A DNA stretch of 64,000 bases from Lama glama. Lineage: Eukaryota. Position 1 is the stretch's first letter. The number at the start of each line of letters is the position of its first letter. The translations under genes and the position numbers were made by a program. The stretch lies in the NCBI GenBank assembly GCA_028534125.1, contig CM052816.1, positions 82,772,001 to 82,836,000 of the forward strand, read 5' to 3'. The notes below the pieces were generated by a model. That model saw only the letters and a list, made by a program, of their open reading frames with translations, was not told the origin of the DNA and searched no databases. Below, in pieces: positions 13,701-26,319 of the stretch.

Positions 13701-15359
13701 CAGGCTCAAAAAGGAAGATTTAAGATGCCAAGAGAGAGGACGAAGACAGAAAAAAGGACAGAGTAAAATCTTATAAGGGGGAGTTCTAAATAAATCCTTG
13801 TTTGCATGACTAAAGGATCATTTTTTCTTTGAGATAAGAGGCCTTATAGTGGCATCTTGAGGAAATTTATGTGAGAACATTGGGATAGGGCCAGATACAT
13901 TAATTAATGAGAAAATACAATGCCCGAACCCATAAATGAAAAGTAAGGGAAAACACAATTTGTCAAAAATTGGGTAGGAGAGGCTTTAAGATGAAATTCA
14001 TCATTTCTGAGAAGGGAGAATTTGACAGCCCCTTCAAACTAACAAGATTCTAAAACAAGAATCATTTTGACACTGTCATTTATGTGCCTAACACAATTAT
14101 GGACACATAAAAAGAAGCATATATAGCATAATAAAATACTTAAAATTACCAAACAGAATAAGGCAGGCATGTCAATTGAAACACTAAATGCTTCCTGTGA
14201 TTTTTCTCCTGTAACCATGACTGTCTTGGTTTGAAGGGCAAACTGTGGACTCTAGGAAACTGAAAGAATTTTCAGTATTAAGCTGGATCCACTTGTGAAT
14301 ATAGTACTGGCTCTTCTCAGGGCATAGATTTTGAGTTTTGAACATGAGGCAGTTTGTTGTTAAGTCTGACCACCTGGAGACATTGAGAACACTCTGCATA
14401 ACAATTTTTAAAAGTTTGTAGACATGACAGTGGAGTTAATAAGATAATTCACTAGCTCAAGATATGTGTACATAAGACATTACAGTTATATTATAAATTG
14501 GAGGTTTCTTGAATGGAATCTGTCTTGAAGTAATTAGTTAAAAGATAAAAAACTATCGAAATAATATAAAGCAATCATACTGCTGAAGAATACAAGATGT
14601 TATTTTTTTAAATAAAGAGACTATTCGTGGTGTCATAAAATGTCAGCCAATGTTTCAAGAGATCAAAATCTCTATCACATCAGTCCAGCCAGTGATATTT
14701 ACCAACACTTAGCCATCTACAACGTTCTTGGCAAATACACATAAGGTAGGGTCTGAGGCAGTGATCATTTACACAGATGCTGGCTCTTCTCACAATATCT
14801 ATTTTGAAAGTGGTTGGTCCAGTTGTTAAATTGTTCATATTTTTACAAAATAAGGCAGGTCCTGATGCAATCACACTAAATTCATCAGAAAGAATATGTG
14901 GGTGTGATTTCAGTCACATTCGTCACACCATTGCCATCAAGTCTGCCTGATGTCTTTGCTATTTCCTTGCCTCTGATGATTTCCCATCTACGATTTTATC
15001 ACCTAACTTATTTGTCTGGTTTGCCAGGTATAAATAAGAGTATGAAACAAATGTGCCAGCTGATTTCTTTCCTCTCATTTAGATAAAAGTAAAGACTCTT
15101 CCATAGAATGAGCTGTAATTGTTGGGACAGAAGTTTAGAAGGCAAGTCTGGGCTAGGCTGTTACAAGGAGAAGGATAATGGAAATACCATGGTCTTTGGT
15201 CTTCAGGAGAATAAAAGAAACTAAGAGGAGGGTGCCTTAAATTTGAAAGGTGTGGCACTTGAATGCTTTCATTCATAGAAGGAAATGAGTGTAATTTCTC
15301 CTTTCACTTTGTCCTCATCATAGCATAGTGACATTAATATTATTGCTGGTCTTATTCTA

Positions 15360-15510
15360 CTTCTAGTAATGATAACAGAAGCAGCAGTAACAGTAATAGT
15401 ATTAGTAATAGCAATTGCAGCACTAACAGTATTAGTCGTTTTAAAGAACCTCTCGTAATTTCTAGCAGTGGTGGCAGTGGACTGATGGTGGGGTTAGTGA
15501 CTGGTATTAC
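15360..15510. repeat. Degenerate trinucleotide (AGT/AGC/AAT/GGT) low-complexity repeat
   Basis: 'agtaatgataacagaagcagcagtaacagtaatagtattagtaatagcaattgcagcact...agcagtggtggcagtgg'. Confidence 0.6.
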
Positions 15511-15952
15511 TGTTGGATTCAAGTTCCTAGCTGGGAAGAGATTATATTCAAAAGGCTTGATTAAGTACGTTTAATGAAGGATTGTTTATGGACTTGCAGA
15601 CATACAGGAGAAAATAAAGAGAAGCAACCCTGACCTCGGGCCCAGGAAGGAGTTATGTGAACCTAGTGAGAGCTATAGCCGTAGACTATGAGACCCCTGT
15701 AGGAGCTGTGGCTCAAGGTAACTTATCAGCCACTTTCTGGAGGCAGCTCAGACGTAGGGGTAATAAACCTCTCCAACATTCTCTCCTCCTGCCCTCTAAT
15801 GTCCTGCAGTGATTTCCACGGGCAGCCTCCACGAGGAAGCCAGAGACAAGGGTGCTCTGAGGAGACATTCTATGGAGAGCAACCTCCTAAGGCATGAAAC
15901 GGGGCAGAGAAGGATACAAAACGAATGTGGAAGAGCAGATAGCGAAAGACCA
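15511..15952 (-). mobile_element. LTR33-like ERVL solo LTR
   Basis: 'ctctcctcctgccctctaatgtcctgcagtgatttcc...ggaagccagagacaagggtgctc...caacctcctaaggcatgaaacggggcagagaagg' is the reverse complement of recalled LTR33 and similar to 25023-25535. Confidence 0.7.
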
Positions 15953-15994
15953 AATAGCGAATGACCAGCTGAATAATAAAAACAACAATAGCAA

Positions 15995-16160
15995 AGCAAT
16001 AATGGTTGTATTTGCTTTGTTCTTATTATGTAGCAGATGCTGTTCAAAGTCACTTACATGCATTACCTGGTTCTTAATAAAAGTATCATTCCTGATTTAC
16101 AATTAGTAACAATTTAACAAGCATGAGCTTATCATATCCCCATTTCACAGACAGGATGAT
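15995..16160 (-). mobile_element. MIR SINE fragment
   Basis: 'ttattatgtagcagatgctgttcaaagtcacttacatgcattacct...tatcatatcccatttcacaga'. Confidence 0.55.
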
Positions 16161-18144
16161 GTGGATTGCTTGTCTAAGAATTTAAACAAAAATGTCACTC
16201 CCGATAAGAATGGAAGGTTAAAAATTTGAAATTCTTCATTTTGAAAGAAATTACTTGCCTTTGGATGAGTTAAGAATGATGCAAAAAGGAGACAGATTTG
16301 ACAGATAGTTTACTTGGATAAGAGGCTGTGTAAGAAATCAAAGTGGAGTGTGAAAATAGCACTAAATTGGGAAGAAAGTAAAAATTTCTTAGAGACAACG
16401 AGTTCAGGCACAGCAGGTCTTCCTACCGACTGAAGGTTCTTTATCTGTCTGTGTAGAAGAAAACAACACATCCTCAAAAGTGTTTCCCCATCTGCCACTA
16501 ACGTGCTTGAAAACTTTAGCAATCCAAAAAAAAAAAAAGACTATCAGAGGACAAGGGCATAACTAGCAATATTAGATCAATGCACACAATTTTAGTAGAA
16601 AACTAGTAACATCAACAGCACAGGCTGCTTACTTCTCCCAGAGCCGGATGCATTCACGATAGCCTTGGGAAAGGCATGGCCTTCTGCACTTTCCTTTGAA
16701 CCCAAGGATTTATTTTTTCTCTACTTTCTTTATCCGATTTTCCCTTTGGTTCGAGGTGCCAGGGAAATGAACTCTAGTGATCTGTAATGGTAACCCTAAG
16801 TGGTACTTGTCAAATATGATTTGGTGGGTAAGAAACCAAGAACAAAAGCAGCCAAATTTAGTAGAAAGAGCAGTGAACTAGAGGGCAGGTGACCTAGACA
16901 CCGGTTGTAACCAGTAACTAGCTGTGGGATTTAAGAATAATCTTTTACTCTCACCATGCCATAAGAATTTTACCTCCAGGCAGTCCCCATCCTCAGAAGG
17001 ATTTGTACTCCAAAAGTTCATTTTGTCAGTGTACTTTCAAGAGCACAAAACACATTTTCCCATAGCAACACTCTTCTCAAGGAAGCACACAGTGTCTTAC
17101 TTATGTGTATTTCTTCTTGTAACTACCTGACTGTCTTATGTGTGTTTTAGGAAGTGTTTTTTATTCTGTGATATGTTTGCTGATGGCAAGCAAGCTTTCA
17201 AGCTAGCTAGACTGTAATTAACTTTAGTAACACACACCCATTGATGTGCATGTGCATGCCCACACACACGCACACAAAATGGGTTATCTTCTACCAACTT
17301 TGGATAAAGGCAGACTCAGAATTGTCTTCAGTAAATAAATGACACAATTTTAGGTACATTATCAAGTGTTTTTAATCAGCATAACACATAATCAAAATAA
17401 CCTCCCTCTAGGCAAGGTGATGTTAAAAAACAAGGATTATACTTATTGAGAATAGCAAGAAGCTCTTTTTAATGAAAATAGAAACATTGCCTTTTTTCCC
17501 CAAGACCAGAATGCTACGAGACATATCTAAAGTATTTTTTTACAGTGATGTAGATAACCAGGTGATTCAGTAGATTTATAGAGACTCAGGGAGTCAGAAA
17601 ATACAGAGCCAGCTTAGTGTAAGCCACAGATCCTTTCCACTTCCTTTCCCATGAGATTCCCCATCTGTGTACTAGCTTTGATCTGGAGTCACAAACAAAG
17701 ACTATCTGTTTATTCAAGAGATCAAATGTTACTTTTGGTATAGACCCTGGGGAAAGTCAGGAGAGGGACATAAGCTTTGGGAGTACATTGATTTTCAAAG
17801 TGTTGATCTGAATAATCCATGACATATTTAGTTTCTTCCACTGTTAGAAGATGTACACTCAGGTGATGAACTCACAGGGCTTTGCTCTCTGAGCATAAAA
17901 CCCCTCTTTCCCGTTCCCAGTAGTCTTCTTTATATTAACAGAGAGAATACTCTAAATGGAAAAGCCTGAGTTATATATCTTCTTGCCAATAATCTGGTAA
18001 ATGTTCCTAGGGTTTCTCTGATTTTCCTGTTTTAGGTTTAAAAACCAAAACAGCTAGATCCATACTCCTTATTCCTGTATTTCATGATTTGAGCTAATTT
18101 TTCTCCAAAAATTCTTAATACAAGGTATATAGTTTAAAATCGGG

Positions 18145-18626
18145 TTTATTTTTTTAAGAGAAGTTTCTGGTTTATAGAACAACTGAGCAGAAAGATCAGA
18201 AAGTTCCCATAATCTCTCTCTCCCTCCCATATAATGTTTCCCTTGTTATTAACATTTTGCTTTAATGTGATGCATTTATTACAACTGATGAAGTAATACT
18301 GATATCTTAAAACTAATGTTCATAATTTTTATGAAGTTTCATTGTGTATTTCTTTGAGTTTTGACAAATGCATAAAGCCACATATCTACCATTATAGCAT
18401 TATATAGAATAGTTTCACTGCCTTAAAAATCATCTGTGCTTCATCCCTGCTTCCTTTTCCCTCAACCTCCTGGCAACCATTGGTCTTTCTACTGTCTCTA
18501 TAGTGTTTCCTTTTTACAGAATATCATTTAGTTGTAATCATATTGTAACAGCCTTTTCAGACTGGCTTATTTCACTTAGCAATATGCATCTAAGTTTTCT
18601 CTGTGTCTTTTTGTATCTTGATAGCT

Positions 18627-18684
<58 letters not shown>

Positions 18685-19805
18685 CTTTTAATTTCTGAAT
18701 AACATTCTGTTGTATGTATATACCACAATTTGTTTAACCTGCATCTTGGTAGCTTCCAATTTGGGGGCAATTAAGGATAAATCTGCTATAAACAATCTGT
18801 ATAGCTTTTTGTGTGGACATAAATTTATAACTTATTAAGGTAAATACCTAGTTGCTGGATTGTATGGTAAGATTATGTTTAGCTCCACAAGAAATTGCCA
18901 AATGGTCTTCTGAAGTGGCTGTACCATTTTGCATTTCCACCAGCAATGCATGAGAGTTTCTGTTGCTCTATATCCTGGCTAGAATTTGATGTTCTCACTG
19001 CTTTGAATTTTAACAGAAATATATTTTGCAAATTTTTTCCTCTAGTCTGTGATTTGTCTTTCATTCTCTTGATAGTATCATTTGCAGAACAAAACTGCTT
19101 ATTTTAATAAAGCCCAACTTAACACTTTTTTTTATCAATCACTGTTAAGTATCAAAAAAATTATCATCAAACTCAAGGGCACCTAGATTTTTTCCCATCT
19201 TATCTTCTGGAAGCTTCATAGTTTTGCATAACCCATTTTGAGTTAAATTTTGTGAAAGATGTAAGATCTGTGTCTAGATTAAAATTTTTTGCATGTAGTT
19301 GTCCAGTTTCTCTGGCATAATTTGTTGAAAAGACTATCTTTTCTTCATTGAATTGCCTTTTCTCCTTTGCCAAAGATTAATTAATTATACATACGCAGGT
19401 ATATTTCTGGGCTCTCTATTCTGTCTCATTGATTTATTTGTCTGTTCTTTTGCCCATACCATACAGTCCTGATTACTGTAGCTTTATAGTAAGTTTTGAG
19501 ATCAAGTAGTATCAGTCCTCAGACTGTTCTTTTTAAAATGTTGTTGGGACTTTAGCATTTTAATATAAACTTCAGAATAAATTTGTCAATGCCCACAGAA
19601 TACCTTGCTGGCATTTTGATTTGGATTGTGTTGATTCTATAAACCAACTTGGAAAGAACTAGCAACTTAACAATATTAATTCTTCTTATCCATGAACATG
19701 GAGTATCTCTCTATTTATTTAGAACTTTGATTTTTAAAATCAGAGTTTTATGGTTTTCCTCCTATAGATCTTGTACATATTTTGTTAGATTTATACCTAA
19801 ATAAT
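18145..19805 (-). mobile_element. L1MB-type LINE-1 3' end (3' UTR plus end of ORF2), with an internal deletion near 19015
   Basis: T-rich; 'tggctgtaccattttgcatttccaccagcaatgcatgagag', 'tttgttgaaaagactatctttt', 'gattactgtagctttatagtaagttttga', 'tatccatgaacatggagtatctctctatttatttag'; ORF 18879..19064(-) contains the ORF2p-like IAGGNAKWYSHF. Confidence 0.92.
18631..18684. repeat. (CA)23(TA)4 microsatellite inside L1MB
   Basis: Uninterrupted CA run 18631-18676 followed by TATATATA. Confidence 0.97.
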
Positions 19806-22229
19806 TCTTAATTATTTAGTTATTTTGTTTTCCTCTGGTGCTAACAAAATTGTACAAATTTTTCATTAGACCTTCCATGTTTATAAGATATTTATTGATA
19901 TAGCCTTAATAACCTGAAAAGTAAGAAAGTTTGGCTTGTTTCTTACTGTAAATGATTTAAAGTCTGGTAGTTTTCTCTCATTTCTTGAACCTACATTTTT
20001 ATTAATTCTGTATCTGTTCAAATATTTCTGTTTATGATAATTTCTGTGTGAAAAACTAAACTTACTTATGTGTAACTAGAAGGTCCATTTCAGTTTGTAT
20101 TGTGACAATTAGGCTACTAAAAGTAGATTCTTTAATAAATCATTGCATTTTAGTGAAGCCTCAAACATTAAACACTTTAAAGATTTAATAAAATTTACCC
20201 TGAGTGTGGTCTTTGCCATAATTTGAGACAAAAAAGGGGATGCTTATTAAAATGTCTGCAATCATAGAGTTATGATTATCTATTATTATCTATTTTATAT
20301 ATATATCTATGATTATATATTATTAAATTAAACGATCACAGAGATAGAAGCAGCCTAAAAAATGATTGGCATTTAAATGAATACAACCAAGAACTAGAAA
20401 TGTGGAGATGTGGAGGAATTTTTACACAATCACAGAGAAAGTTATGGTATAGAATTTAACATTAATTAGTTTTATTTACTTCTACAACTATTCTATTTTC
20501 ACAACCCAGAGTTTTCATGCTTTCTTGTTCCTATGCTCAGGAAATAATTTAGTATCATTCTAGAAGTGATGAGAAATTTCTGTTTTTATAAAATGGAATA
20601 GTCATCTATAGGAAATAATCACCATGCTGTCTACTTGACTTTTAGGGTAACCTTTCATCCTATAGTGACTTGTCCTGGAGAGGCTGTGATTTACATTTGC
20701 ATAACTAATTTAAAAATACAAGGATATACATTTAATATAGAAGTAATAAGTAGACATAATAATTATACACTCTTCATTTTAGTATCTTTGGGAATCACAA
20801 ATGGTTGCTCTTCTTAGCATATATGACAATTCATGAGTACACTGCCATATATTAAACTTGACGTGGAGTGCTTTCATTTTATTCTGTACCATTTGCTTAA
20901 ACTAAATCAATTCATGGGAGCAACTGATGAGATAAAAGGACTCAGAACACATACTTAAACCAAAATATTGTAGTCTTAGACTTTCTCAGTGAATACAGAA
21001 GTACCTACTATTCTCATCTGAAAGAGGTCCTGGTTTAATTCTTGAGAACTGACACACTAGAGTGTGCTGGGGATGCCTGTAATATTACTCCATTAGATCT
21101 ATTGTCAGAAAATTGCGCTTTACATATCTGACTGCACACACATTGCATAAATTGCCAGGTTTTGTGATGACTTCTTTATTTGACTTTGTGGAGTTTCATA
21201 ATGCTGTGCTAATGTAATGCACTGCTTTGTCTGCCCAGCTCCGTGTTTAAAGCTTTATTTGATCAGATTCTGAAAGAAATGCTTTCTGTAACATCATGTC
21301 CATGTTTCTCAAGTAAAGAGCTTACATTTATTTGTACCTGCGTATTTCTTATCCACTTCTTTTCTGTATGGCATTGGCATGCTTCAGAGAAGAGACAGTT
21401 TATAGTGTATTTTATTACACAGTTAGACAAAACAGTTTAGCACAATATGCTGTAATCATGACTACTCAGAAAAGCAATTTAGTTCTGATCTTGTTAAATT
21501 AAGTGTGTATTGAATATATAATTCACCCTCACGAAAAAGAGCTATTCTAAGGCAGTAGTGAGCAAAAAACAACTATTATTTGTTATCATTATTTTCTTTT
21601 AAGTAGTAGATTGGTAGAATCCATTGGACTATCATGGGATTAATCTTTCAGTAATCTATTTTTTAAATGAGAGTTATAGAGAGGTTAGTTTTTGTGAGTA
21701 GTGATATCAAAGTAAGAAGAAATCAGCTTGAAATAAAAAGGGAGAAGAAGAGAGATGATGTATAAAAAAAGATGTGTATGAAGGAGGAAGGAACATTAAA
21801 GGAATAAAAAAAGAAAGAATGGTTGGGTGGTCACTGTAAGGAAGATGCCCTCATCCATTGCCTGTCAGGAGTTGCCATATAAACCACAGCCATTCCAACA
21901 CTTGACCTCAATCTCTGTGCTAATCTCCTTTGAGCTTCACACAGACTAAACCAACACATCTTGCTGTGGAACCTCCATTTCTCAATGAAATCATCTGGCT
22001 ATGATCATAGGTAGTTTTTGATACTTGTACCTTAGATTGCCTGTATGGATGTCAACTGGGTTCCTCTTTTCTTCTACTGTTTTTTTCTGTTATCACTTCT
22101 TAATAAAGATAGAAGATTAACAGTGTCTGTTTGGTAGCATATATCTGAAATCGTATTAGAAGTTCCTTGGAGAAGAAGCAAATGACAAATATATTCAGAA
22201 ATTTTCCTATTCGGATTAAGTTAATTTTG

Positions 22230-22660
22230 GTGATCACCAATACTACCAGGGATGTGGGGAAGCAGGGGATCCTTACATAATGTTAAAAGATGTGCAAAAA
22301 GGTGTAAAGCTTATTAAGGTCAATATTTACCAAAACTGAAAACTGTACCTACCTCTTGAGAAATCAGCTACATTAAATTTACTTACAAAATAGATTCACT
22401 AACATTTGCTGAATATATGAACTAGGATACTCATTATTAATACTGCTTTAATGCAAAACAATAATAAACAATTTGATACAACAAAACCATCTATCAAGAG
22501 TGTAAGTAAATTATGGTACATAATTGTTTTGCTACTTTCAGAATAAATGAAGTAGATCAGTAAGTAGATCTGTTAAAATGTCTAAAATACATTATTCAGT
22601 GAAAAAAAGATACAATTTAGTATGAAGAGTTTGGTCATTTTTATGTAGTTATGTGACAGC
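22230..22660 (+). mobile_element. Old L1ME-type 3' fragment
   Basis: 'ggatgtggggaagcaggggatccttacata', 'gtaagtaaattatggtacata', 'aaaatacattattcagtgaaaaaaaga'. Confidence 0.6.
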
Positions 22661-22794
22661 TGTTTAGGGATGTCATGATAATACTCAAATCTGAGTTTTA
22701 ATTATATAATTGAGTTTTCTCTTGTACCTTGCCAAAAATTATAAATTAATATGTTAAGTTTAACTTGTAGTTTTCCATAAATTTGCAAACAAAT

Positions 22795-22864
22795 GACAGA
22801 TGATAGACAGATGATAGTAGATAGATAGATAGACAGACAGATAGATAGATAGATAGACAGACAG
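22795..22864. repeat. Compound (GATA)n/(GACA)n tetranucleotide microsatellite
   Basis: Read directly from the sequence. Confidence 0.95.
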
Positions 22865-24599
22865 TGAAATATATCAGTGTAGCTGAGGAGGAGAATCCTC
22901 AGCTATGCACAATTTGCAACTTGTTCGATCTGTCCTCAGATTATAGATACATAGTTGTGGGAACTGGGAAGAATAATTACTCTTGAATTATGTCAAACCC
23001 AAGTTTAAAGTCCACTTCTTATTCTAAATGAGCAAATTTAATTCCTGTTAATCAGTGGGAAAAATGTACAAAATTGTTTTTCTTACATATCTAGAGGGTT
23101 TTCCATATTAGAAATCAAAATAATCAATAATTTTTTTGTAACAAAAACCGTTATTTTGAGAAGAGTAGACTAAAACAGTAGGATCACCCATGGTCCAAAA
23201 CATATACCATAACTCTAGAGAATAAAATAATAATATTTAGCATTTTTACCCCAAATTATATTTAACATATAAGAGCTTCACCTTCCCTCCTCGGCAGGAA
23301 TATTCTCTAGGGCAGAACTATACATCTGATTTCTTTCCTGCTGTTACATCAACTTGAACACTACTGACTCTCGATAAATACTTGGAGAAAAAAATATTTG
23401 GTAATTGAAAACAATGCCCTGTGCAATTGAAGGGTAGGTATCTCTCCGAATGATCAACTATTAGTTTGTGTTTTACAAATTCTTCCTTAATATAAATACA
23501 CAACAGTCTTTCTTTTCAATTACTTAAAACAAATTGTGTTGCTTGTATTGTTGAGAGTCCTAATTTATTCTATTTACTATTTCCTCTCACAAAAGGTGAC
23601 TCTTTCCATATTTGATTCTTTGGAGTCAACTCAGCCCTGCTGAATTTAAATATCCTCCATTTTCATCATTATCCCAAAAGCAACTGTGGCCTTGTATCTA
23701 ACATTGTGCAAGTGATTGCATAGCTTATAGGAACCTCCACATGACTTCTGTCCTTGATTCTATACATAAACCAGCACACTCTATTTTCATGGAAGCAAAT
23801 GGCATTCTGTAGAGATGTATACTGTCTTTTTATATGGAGACATCCATGGATCCTACCATGAATTCCCTCAGCTGTCACATAAGAGAAAAAGGACTGAATA
23901 ACTGCAAGTAATAATTTTCCATGAATTGTGCTGTTCTTTCTCACAGTCAGCCTCTGAGTGGTAAAGGTTTTTTCTGAGAGAGCAAGTTAGACTATTTTAG
24001 AAGCTGTATAAACTATTTTAGGTGACAAGGGGACCATTTGGTGCACTGAAGTAGTAATTTGCTAGTGGCCTAAAAGAATTAATGAAGCTTTCAAAGACAT
24101 ATGACAGACTTGAAAGGATTATATACCAAAAAATTGTTTTACCATAAATGAAAACATCAACTAAAAAAGACATATGGTCTGTTCAGAGGATGCAAATTGA
24201 AAGAAAATCCAATGGGTAAGAAGAAATTTGGGAAGAAATGAAAACTCAGAAAACAAATTTACAAAGACAAGTAGAACTGACATATAAATTATATAACTTT
24301 ATTATTATATAATTTATATAATATAATACACATACATAATACCATACATATTAAATCCACATAAATTCATTGACATTTGTGAGGTAATAAGAGTGTGGCA
24401 GAATTCATTTAAAATTAATATGAGTTTTCAATTAAATTTACATTACAAGCTTCAGAAATCATCATAGCAAACTGCCATTTTACTACTGCATAGATATTAC
24501 AGCTATATAATATAGATCTAAATATGTCATTTAGAAATATATATGTACAAGCTATTTCTCCTTAATAAAGTGATTTATCTAGTAGTCAAGTTAGTATTA

Positions 24600-24909
24600 T
24601 AGTCGGCCCTCTTTATCTGAGGGGTCCACATCTGCAGATTCAACCAACTTTAAAATATTTTAAAAAAAAAACAATCCAGAAACTTCCAAAAAGCAAAACT
24701 TGAATTTGTGACACCCTGGCAAATATTACCTAGCATGTACATTGGATCAGGTTTTATAAGTAATCTAGATTTGATTTAAACTATATGAGAGAATGTGCTG
24801 TAGGTTATATCCAAATATTATGCCATTTTTATAAGGGACTTTAGCATCTTTGGACTTGGATATCTTGTGAGGTCCTAGAACCAATTACCTGCGGAAACTG
24901 AGAGGACTG
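24600..24909 (+). mobile_element. TcMar-Tigger non-autonomous DNA transposon (Tigger/MER2-like)
   Basis: TA flanks at 24598-24599 and 24910-24911; left end (T)AGTCGGCCCTCTTTATCTG, right end CGGAAACTGAGAGGACTG; internal 'gcagattcaaccaac', 'ccaaaaagcaaaacttgaatttg', 'ggtcctagaaccaat'. Confidence 0.9.
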
Positions 24910-25022
24910 TATATGTAAGTTGTTAAAACACATAAAAAGTGATATACTATATAGGAACACTATTTCTGGCATATGAAAAAGATTATGCCTATAAAAGTTT
25001 AAAGAGAGGGAGGTTTTTTTCA

Positions 25023-25535
25023 TGTACAGTAATTTTTGCAGAGCAGATACATCTGTTTCTTCACTGTTCTCCCAGACCTGTGCCTAAAAGTGTGATGTGC
25101 ATAGATAAAATCCACAGGCTCCTTTACTTTTGTGGCCAATGGAGGCACAAGTAGGAAATCTGAGGAAAGGAGGAGTGTGAGGTCAAGATATTTAATCTGG
25201 CTCCTCCGTCCCTGTGCAATTGGCTCTTTTCATGAAGCTGACCCTTTTTATTCAGGGAACCCTCTCCACATGGGTACTCTCTCCCCAAAGGGAACTCTGT
25301 CCACAGAGCCCCTTCTCAGTCTGGGTTCTGGTAAACATAGGGCCCCTTACTCGACCTTTATAGAGTAGAGGCAGTAACTGCACTGGCTTTCACCTGACCC
25401 TGGACACAGCATTCTCTCTTGTCCTATACTTACATTTTTCTTGTACTTTTAAAAATAATTTAAAAAATTAATTTCCCCTTAAATCATACCCGTTTGAGTG
25501 TGTCATTTATTTCGTGCCAGGACTCTGATTGAAGT
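25023..25535 (+). mobile_element. LTR33-like ERVL solo LTR
   Basis: 'tggccaatggaggcacaagtaggaaatctgaggaaaggaggagtgtgaggtcaagatattta' and 3' end 'gtttgagtgtgtcatttatttcgtgccaggactctgattga'. Confidence 0.72.
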
Positions 25536-26032
25536 TATGTTTCTTTTAACCCTAGTGGTGGGAGATTTTATAGTATAGGTAATTAGTATCTCATAGAAAA
25601 AATAGTCAGAAAAACCAAGAGTGACCAATGGAAACTTTAATAAACTTAAATTAGATTCACTAAATAAAAAAATAAATGGCAGCACACTAAAATGAATGTT
25701 AATAAACTAAAAATTTTCAATGAGAAATAATAGAACTTATTTTGCATTTACAATCCTAAAGGACAGAAATATGTCTGTAGTTCCTTCTCTCTTATTTGAT
25801 CAATTTCCCACCCTCCTTTAACCCAGTATTTACAATTTTGTTTCAGTTCTTACAGAAAAACTAGTCAAACTTTTGACTGAAAGGTCAGGTTTTAGCTTTT
25901 TTGACACTGAAAATTTTAAATCCTGCTTTTCAGTCTTCCATACCCAATAATCCAATCTATGTCCAGTTGGAAGAGTCAAGTTCTTTTACAGTAGTCTCAG
26001 CCCCCGTATTCCTCACAGATATCAATGGAGAG

Positions 26033-26319
26033 CAGTTCTAAGATCTAGTGTTCATTTACCATTTCTCAGTTCCTTTTTTTAACCTGATGATCATTTATAC
26101 CACTATTCTGTAGAATGTGTAGAAACTGAATTTACTGATATGCAATAAAATTTATCAGGATTCCACAAAGTTATACAGAATTAATTTACAAGTATTAGGA
26201 TTTTTCATAAGGGCAACCTGAATTTTAGGTGTGATATGCTGAGTAATAACTCTGAAGAACAGAGTTAAAATGAGTAAATGGTATCTATGAAATATTATTG
26301 ATAGTCCTGCTGAAACCAG
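26033..26319. mobile_element. Unassigned ~287-bp repeat, copy 1 (putative MITE)
   Basis: Colinear with 28829-29116 over its whole length (shared blocks catttatacca, gaattaatttacaa, ttttcataagg, cctgaatttt, aaaatga.taaatg, tgaaac.agga). Confidence 0.7.

Noticed and set aside
15511..25535. Two LTR33-like LTRs as the ends of one provirus
   Set aside because: They are in opposite orientation and no gag/pol remnant was recognised between them
25740..26030. Possible retroviral gag or processed-pseudogene remnant on the minus strand
   Set aside because: Manual translation gave stops in all three minus-strand frames and no motif I could identify; BLASTX would be needed
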